59,432 nucleotides of DNA from Minisyncoccia bacterium (GTDB taxonomy: Bacteria; Patescibacteriota; Minisyncoccia; Phycocordibacterales; Phycocordibacteraceae): assembly GCA_038207395.1 (NCBI GenBank), contig JBBQZW010000001.1, positions 208,862-268,293 of the forward strand, given 5' to 3'. Positions 57,388 to 59,432 of the stretch are shown here, one piece after another. The notes beneath the pieces were generated by a model, which ran no database searches, had not been told where the DNA came from, and was given only the letters and a program-made list of their open reading frames with translations. The position numbers and the translations under genes were made by a program. Within the stretch, counting starts at the first letter, position 1; every line of letters starts with the position of its first letter.

Positions 57388-59082
57388 CTAGCGAGCGCTG
57401 TACGCTGCGCGAGAAAGAGCCCCAAAGTAACCGGTCATGCTGATTCCAGCTTCGGCCTGCCACTTTTTGACACCTGCTTGAGTAAGAGATCCAAAGTATC
57501 CTGTAGGAGAAACACTGAGGAATCCTTTTGAAACCAAGTACTCCTGGAGACAGGTTACGTCTTCTCCTGAAACACCGAGAGTAAGATCACGCTGTACCAT
57601 ACAGCCACCCATTGAGGCCTGAGGTGCCGCAGGAGCAGGAGTTGTTACACTCGCGCTCATGTGAGGAACACTCTCGTATCCCTGGTTTGGAAGTGATGTG
57701 TACGGGAAGGTTGAACGGAACGCATGATCGTTTCCGTCTACACCATCACCGAGCATCGCACCTGTTGCATCAACCACAAATCCAGGGTGGAAGAGTGGGT
57801 ATGCAGCACCAGCTACTGCCTGGAGTGAGATGTCGAGGACATCATCTCCGAGACGGCGGCCGTTAGGATATCCTGCGTTGTCGCCTCCAAGAACACCCAT
57901 CTTATTTGGATTGGTGGTTGGAGGAACGGCAACGTTCAAACGAAGCTGCTCTGAAGGAACTGCCTTCGTAGACTTCGTAAGTCCAGGAATACCGGTCAAG
58001 AAGATAGCGATGAGGTCATCACGCTGAGATGCTGAACCAAAGGCTCCCTGAGGAGGAACTTTGATTCCGTAGAGTCCGTTAAGAAGCTTTCCGAGTTCTG
58101 GGTCGGTAGCTCCGTTAGCAAACTGAGCATCATCCTGTGGCTTAGACGCGTTGAAGCGATCTTTGAAACCAACAGGAACAACTACTTCGTTTACGAGTGG
58201 TGCGCCAAGGCGAGAAACCTGGACCCAATCACCGGTGTGTGAAGCAGTACCATCTGCCATAAGAACCTTGGTTGTGTGACGTGACGCAGTTGTCCATACG
58301 CCAATAACAGCTCCAGGATCCTTTACGTCAGTTGGCTTGTTCTTCTTAAGCGTAAGCTGGCTGATTGGAATCTGAAGTGCGAGAGAGTGAACGTTGTATC
58401 CCTTTACGGTATCAACACCACCTCCTGCATTTCCTGGAAGCTTGCGGATCGTAAGAAGATCGAAAAGACTACCGAGGTCAACGAAGAAAGGATCGTCAAC
58501 TGAACCGGCAAATACCTTCGTTCCATCAGAAAGACCGTTAACGGCCTGGCTCTGAAGTGCTGCGTAGTTAGGCGTTGACTTTGGTCCAACGTTAACTGGA
58601 GGCATTACGAGGTCGGTTCCAAGAACGGTACGAGTTGCTCCTTCAACTTTTGTAAGGGTATACGTCTGCTTCACGTTCCAGTTTGGATCGGTAAGAGAGT
58701 TGATAGGCCCTGTGTTGTAGAGGAACGTTCCCGGATTCGCAACGGTGGTCTTGAACTGGAACTCATATGAGATATCTGCCTTTGCATCACCATCGTTATC
58801 AACGTTGATTGTGTAAAGTGCGTTATCGTCGAATGAGCTGAAGTTAGGGCCGCCCGCTGGTTCTTCAAACGGGTTGTAGTTCGCAATAAGCGTAACCGTA
58901 TTTGAATTGTCTGGACTGACGAATGCGTAGAGGTCGGTCGCATCAACCTTAGGGTCACCACTGGTGAGTGGTGCCTCGCGGTGACTTGAAGCGAACACAG
59001 GCATACCGACAGCAAGGAACGTGACCATCATAACTACAGCACCGAAGCTGTAGAGTTGGGCACGTGTTGGTACGAGTTGCAT
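57388..59082 (-). CDS. DUF4331 protein with C-terminal peptidoglycan-binding domain
   Basis: ASSHREAP..D.TDLYAF, DDPFFVDL, QVSRLG.PLVNE, GYPNGRR..DDV.D; GEDVTCLQ..TGYFG. Confidence 0.88.
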   Translation of the reverse strand: MQLVPTRAQLYSFGAVVMMVTFLAVGMPVFASSHREAPLTSGDPKVDATDLYAFVSPDNSNTVTLIANYNPFEEPAGGPNFSSFDDNALYTINVDNDGDAKADISYEFQFKTTVANPGTFLYNTGPINSLTDPNWNVKQTYTLTKVEGATRTVLGTDLVMPPVNVGPKSTPNYAALQSQAVNGLSDGTKVFAGSVDDPFFVDLGSLFDLLTIRKLPGNAGGGVDTVKGYNVHSLALQIPISQLTLKKNKPTDVKDPGAVIGVWTTASRHTTKVLMADGTASHTGDWVQVSRLGAPLVNEVVVPVGFKDRFNASKPQDDAQFANGATDPELGKLLNGLYGIKVPPQGAFGSASQRDDLIAIFLTGIPGLTKSTKAVPSEQLRLNVAVPPTTNPNKMGVLGGDNAGYPNGRRLGDDVLDISLQAVAGAAYPLFHPGFVVDATGAMLGDGVDGNDHAFRSTFPYTSLPNQGYESVPHMSASVTTPAPAAPQASMGGCMVQRDLTLGVSGEDVTCLQEYLVSKGFLSVSPTGYFGSLTQAGVKKWQAEAGISMTGYFGALSRAAYSAR

Positions 59083-59148
59083 ATAATCTAAAAACGAATT
59101 AGTACTAATCAGCTAATAAATAAGCCATGCTTACACATGTACTCTATT

Positions 59149-59167
59149 TACTTAACTTTTGTAAGTA
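59149..59167. promoter_or_regulatory. Palindrome TACTTA-N7-TAAGTA overlapping a -10
   Basis: TACTTAACTTTTGTAAGTA upstream of the DUF4331 gene. Confidence 0.55.
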
Positions 59168-59295
59168 TACCCCATTCACATGAGTGGCAAATGAATTGTG
59201 GGGATTCTGGGGATCTTTTATGCTTCTACACCCATATAGGTATACAAAGATACCCGCCACCAGTGGTAGCGGGTCTCTTCTTTCCCCCCCTCCCC

Positions 59296-59432
59296 CTAAC
59301 TCACATTAAACAACCCCCTCGACAACCCTCCGAAGTAGCCGGTGTCAGGGAGTCCATTCCAGGACTGCCACTTAATCACGGCTTTCTTGGTAGCAGGGCC
59401 GAAGTAGCCGGAGGGTTCGGTGGTGAGATAGC
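59296..59432 (-). CDS. 3' end of a peptidoglycan-binding domain protein (partial)
   Basis: YLTTEPSGYFGPATKKAVIKWQSWNGLPDTGYFGGLSRGLFNVS*. Confidence 0.8.
   Translation of the reverse strand, partial: YLTTEPSGYFGPATKKAVIKWQSWNGLPDTGYFGGLSRGLFNVS

Noticed and set aside
1-59432. Alternative genetic code (UGA=Gly), prophage, integrase, transposase or reverse transcriptase
   Set aside because: TGA terminates intact genes such as znuA and nth-overlapping bcp; no such enzymes or phage structural genes recognised

Overview
Chromosomal segment of a small-genome bacterium using genetic code 11 (TGA is used as a stop). Gene content and style point to Patescibacteria/CPR, Parcubacteria-like (inference). 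Contents in order: a znuABC-zur zinc locus with three matching operators; CooC-like ATPase and CysK-rhodanese fusion; tRNA-Gln; nth and redox genes; DEAD-box helicase; typA; a cell-wall enzyme cluster (orphan lysozyme-like protein, lipoprotein, mltG, MliC-domain protein); an RND pump; a lexA-like/Y-family polymerase cassette with an SOS box; prfB-ftsEX-pyrG; a tRNA cluster; a SET/sensor-kinase operon; a kinase/HIT/deacylase/ABC cluster; and secreted peptidoglycan-binding proteins with a DUF4331-TPR-HupE operon. The clearest hidden feature is a tRNA-Thr(GGT) split by a 189-nt group I intron (36345-36533). Next to it are a degenerate copy of the tRNA 3' half and a free-standing HNH endonuclease gene, and a second, internally deleted endonuclease-like gene runs into the nearby tRNA(CAT). 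Other notable items are an outer-membrane-type beta-barrel in an apparently monoderm genome, a GcrA-like mini-protein, and at least 13 genes with a TANNNT-N6-ATG leaderless architecture. All family assignments come from motif recognition by eye, not from database searches.
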